NCBI GenBank assembly: GCA_964432275.1
Contig: CAYSMH010000004.1
Span: 1-53,723, forward strand
Length of the DNA stretch: 53,723 nt
Direction: 5' to 3'
Source of the DNA: an uncultured Candidatus Saccharibacteria bacterium
GTDB taxonomy: Bacteria > Patescibacteriota > Minisyncoccia > Phycocordibacterales > UBA9973
A program made the position numbers and the translations under genes. Below are positions 51,454-53,723 of the stretch, one piece after another; the stretch's first letter is position 1; each line of letters opens with the position of its first letter. The notes beneath the pieces are model-generated. The model was given only the letters and a program-made list of their open reading frames with translations. It did not search any database and was not told where the DNA came from.

Positions 51454-52410
51454 ATGTCCGAACTCTACACCAACTCAATTTTCTTTATTGATGTCGACAA
51501 GATATCGCCTAACCCATACCAGACACGCAAAGAGTTTGAAGAAGGACCACTCAAAGACCTATCAGAAAGTATTCGCCAGTACGGTGTATTGCAGCCACTT
51601 GTCGTTTCTCGAATCGAAACCCCAACACCTGATGGTGGACTCACCACAAGCTACGAACTGATCGCCGGAGAACGACGATTGCGCGCATCCAAGCTCGCAG
51701 GTCTCTCGCAAGTCCCTGCACTCATCCGTACCGGAGACGATGCACTCATGAAGCTTGAGCTTGCGATCATTGAGAATCTGCAACGAGAAGATATCAATGC
51801 AGTAGAGCGAGCGCGAGCATTTCACAGACTCATGGAAGAGTTTAAACTCACACATACACAGATTGGACACAAGGTAGGTAAGAGTCGCGAGTTCGTTGCA
51901 AACACGATCCGCATCCTTATGCTCCCAGAGCATATTCTCGATGCACTTTCAGGGGGTCGTATCAATGAGGGGCATACACGTCCGTTGATGATGCTCAAAG
52001 ATCGTCCCGAAGAGCAAGATACACTCTTTAAAGAGATCACGATCCGCAAGATCTCAGTGCGCGAAGCAGAGCGTATCGCACGACGTATTGCTGTGGACAA
52101 GGTCCGCAAGAAGGAGCTTTTGCCTGATGGTGAGCTCAAAGAGATCGAACAAAAGCTCCAAGAGTCACTCGGGACACGTGTACATATCGAGCCAAGAGAG
52201 CAGGGGGGTAAGATAACGATTGATTATTTTACGGCAGAAGATCTCGACACAATCATGAGTGTAATCAATAAAAACGAACACACAGTACCGTCGGCTGTAC
52301 CTACTGAGGACACTTCGGTTGCAGACCTTGATGACCGTGATCGTCAAGAAGTAAAGAAAGACGAAGAAGATATTGACGAGCTCTATAATATCAAAAACTT
52401 TTCGTTGTAG
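51454..52410 (+). CDS. parB: Chromosome partitioning protein ParB/Spo0J
   Basis: ISPNPYQTRKEF, GVLQPLVV, LIAGERRLRASKLAG and an HTH region THTQIGHKVGKSREFVANTIR. Confidence 0.92.
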   Translation: MSELYTNSIFFIDVDKISPNPYQTRKEFEEGPLKDLSESIRQYGVLQPLVVSRIETPTPDGGLTTSYELIAGERRLRASKLAGLSQVPALIRTGDDALMKLELAIIENLQREDINAVERARAFHRLMEEFKLTHTQIGHKVGKSREFVANTIRILMLPEHILDALSGGRINEGHTRPLMMLKDRPEEQDTLFKEITIRKISVREAERIARRIAVDKVRKKELLPDGELKEIEQKLQESLGTRVHIEPREQGGKITIDYFTAEDLDTIMSVINKNEHTVPSAVPTEDTSVADLDDRDRQEVKKDEEDIDELYNIKNFSL

Positions 52411-53723
52411 TATCGAGATAGTGACGGATCTTTTTGCGAGCAAAGCTAGTCTTGGCATACTCGAGCCATTTGGTACCAGGGTGCGCATGTTTACTCGTTT
52501 GTATCTCTACAATGTCGCCGTTGTGTAGCATATCACCGAGACCGATCATTTTACCATTTGCTTTAGCACCACTTGCGCGTTCTCCGATCTCGGAGTGTAT
52601 CGCATAGGCAACATCGATAGGGCTTGCGCCTTCGGGAAGGTCAATCACGTCGCCTTGTGGGGTAAATACGAAAATACGGTTTGTGAAAAAGTCGAGCTTG
52701 AGCTCCTCGAGAAATCGTGACGGGTCATTGACGACACTATGAAGCTCCTTGAGCTCATCAATCCAGTTGAACTTTTTGCTTTTTGTAATTGCATTTTTTG
52801 CAAACTGAGATTCTTTGTATGCAAAGTGTGACGCAACGCCCAGCTCTGCTTCTTGGTGCATTTCGTGAGTTCGGATCTGTAGTTCGACAACCCCATGCTC
52901 GGTAATAACAGTGGTGTGTATTGATTGGTAGCCATTTGGTTTAGGAAGTGCAATGTAGTCTTTGATACGTTTTGGGATTGGCTTCCAGAGCATATGGAGT
53001 AGTCCAAGTACGTGATAACAATCAGTGATGGTTGGTACAAGCACTCGCAATGCCACGATGTCATAGACAAGCTCAGTGTTCCATTTATACTTTGCAAGTT
53101 TGCGGTACGTACTGTACGTGTGTTTGATACGAGAAGAAACAGTGGCGTTGGGTATGTCGAAATCGCGCAATGTCTGCTCGATCTGAGTATGTGCTGAGGT
53201 AATCGCACTTTGCGATTCGGGTACCAAATCAGCCATGATAGCGGTCGTGCGTGTGTACTCATCTGGATAGGCGTATGGAAATGCATAATCTTCGAGCATA
53301 CCTTTTAAATGCTCCATACCTAGTCGTCCAGCGAGTGCGGCGTGTACCTCGATGGTTTCGAGTGCGATGCGGCGACGCTTGTCGGCACGGACGTGCTCAA
53401 GCGTCGAAACATTGTGTAGTCTGTCGGCAAGTTTGATGATAAGTACTCGCAAGTCTTCAGCGATCGCTACAAAGAACTTGCGGAGACTTTCGACGTGTCG
53501 GTCTACTCCTTGATACTTGAGTTTACCAAGCTTGGTCACACCTTTCACGAGAAATAGTATCGAGTCGCCAAAGAGTTCGCGGATCTCGTCCTCGGTTGCA
53601 TCGGTGTCTTCGAGTACATCATGCAACAGTGCACCGATGATAGTGTCGATATCCATACCAAGATCTGCACAGTTTTTTGCAACCGCGAGTGAATGTTCAA
53701 CGTAAGGCTCGCCACTGTTGCGT
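52391..53723 (-). CDS. rsh: RelA/SpoT homolog, bifunctional (p)ppGpp synthetase/hydrolase; 5' end lies outside the window
   Basis: HD-domain LLHDVLEDT, synthetase YQSIHTTV..ELQIRTHEMH and TGS IFVFTPQGDVIDLPEGASPIDVAYAIH. The frame stays open to the window edge. The 3' end overlaps parB by 20 nt (convergent). Confidence 0.9.
   Translation of the reverse strand, partial: RNSGEPYVEHSLAVAKNCADLGMDIDTIIGALLHDVLEDTDATEDEIRELFGDSILFLVKGVTKLGKLKYQGVDRHVESLRKFFVAIAEDLRVLIIKLADRLHNVSTLEHVRADKRRRIALETIEVHAALAGRLGMEHLKGMLEDYAFPYAYPDEYTRTTAIMADLVPESQSAITSAHTQIEQTLRDFDIPNATVSSRIKHTYSTYRKLAKYKWNTELVYDIVALRVLVPTITDCYHVLGLLHMLWKPIPKRIKDYIALPKPNGYQSIHTTVITEHGVVELQIRTHEMHQEAELGVASHFAYKESQFAKNAITKSKKFNWIDELKELHSVVNDPSRFLEELKLDFFTNRIFVFTPQGDVIDLPEGASPIDVAYAIHSEIGERASGAKANGKMIGLGDMLHNGDIVEIQTSKHAHPGTKWLEYAKTSFARKKIRHYLDTTTKSF

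Overview
This window looks like a small-genome Patescibacteria/CPR-type bacterium. That is inferred from gene content: many TrbC/VirB2-like pilin paralogs, a short IF-2, a short Fmt, and many tiny membrane proteins. Most of it is a housekeeping backbone: uppP, rsmE, pyk, hpf, fmt, def, hisS, lepB, pth, rpsA, gyrA, rbfA, infB, a cysteine desulfurase, clpB, gltX, rpmG, miaA, parB, a partial RelA/SpoT homolog, and 10 tRNA genes. Four of the tRNAs are Leu isoacceptors. The main accessory feature is a visibly AT-richer island (judged by eye, about 6.5-16.4 kb) that ends at the 3' end of tRNA-Asn(GTT). Inside it, at least 11 copies of a 27-28 nt dyad-symmetric motif (TGCTCCGAACRTTAGAGGATGTTCGAA) all lie on the + strand. 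They cut the DNA into 0.15-1.3 kb cassette-like modules, each holding 0-2 small unrelated genes. The motif is also the coding 3' tail (LLRT[LV]E[DG]VRT) of a truncated recombinase-like gene fragment at 11847-12218. The copies form a decay series from that fragment down to bare 27-nt scars. Similarity always stops right after GTTCGAA, which is palindromic and matches the TTCGAA of the tRNA T-loop. I read this as a tRNA-anchored accretion array built by a serine-recombinase-type integrase; no intact recombinase gene is in the window. A second notable locus at 28.8-33.8 kb couples a solute-binding-like protein to five tandem pilin-like paralogs. Three of these carry FN3/Ig-like N-terminal domains. 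Smaller items are AT-rich orphan genes inserted between core genes (def/fmt, upstream of rpsA, next to tRNA-Tyr), several candidate structured leaders, a homopolymer frameshift and a start-codon tandem repeat. All calls rest on reading the sequence and on remembered family motifs; no searches were run.
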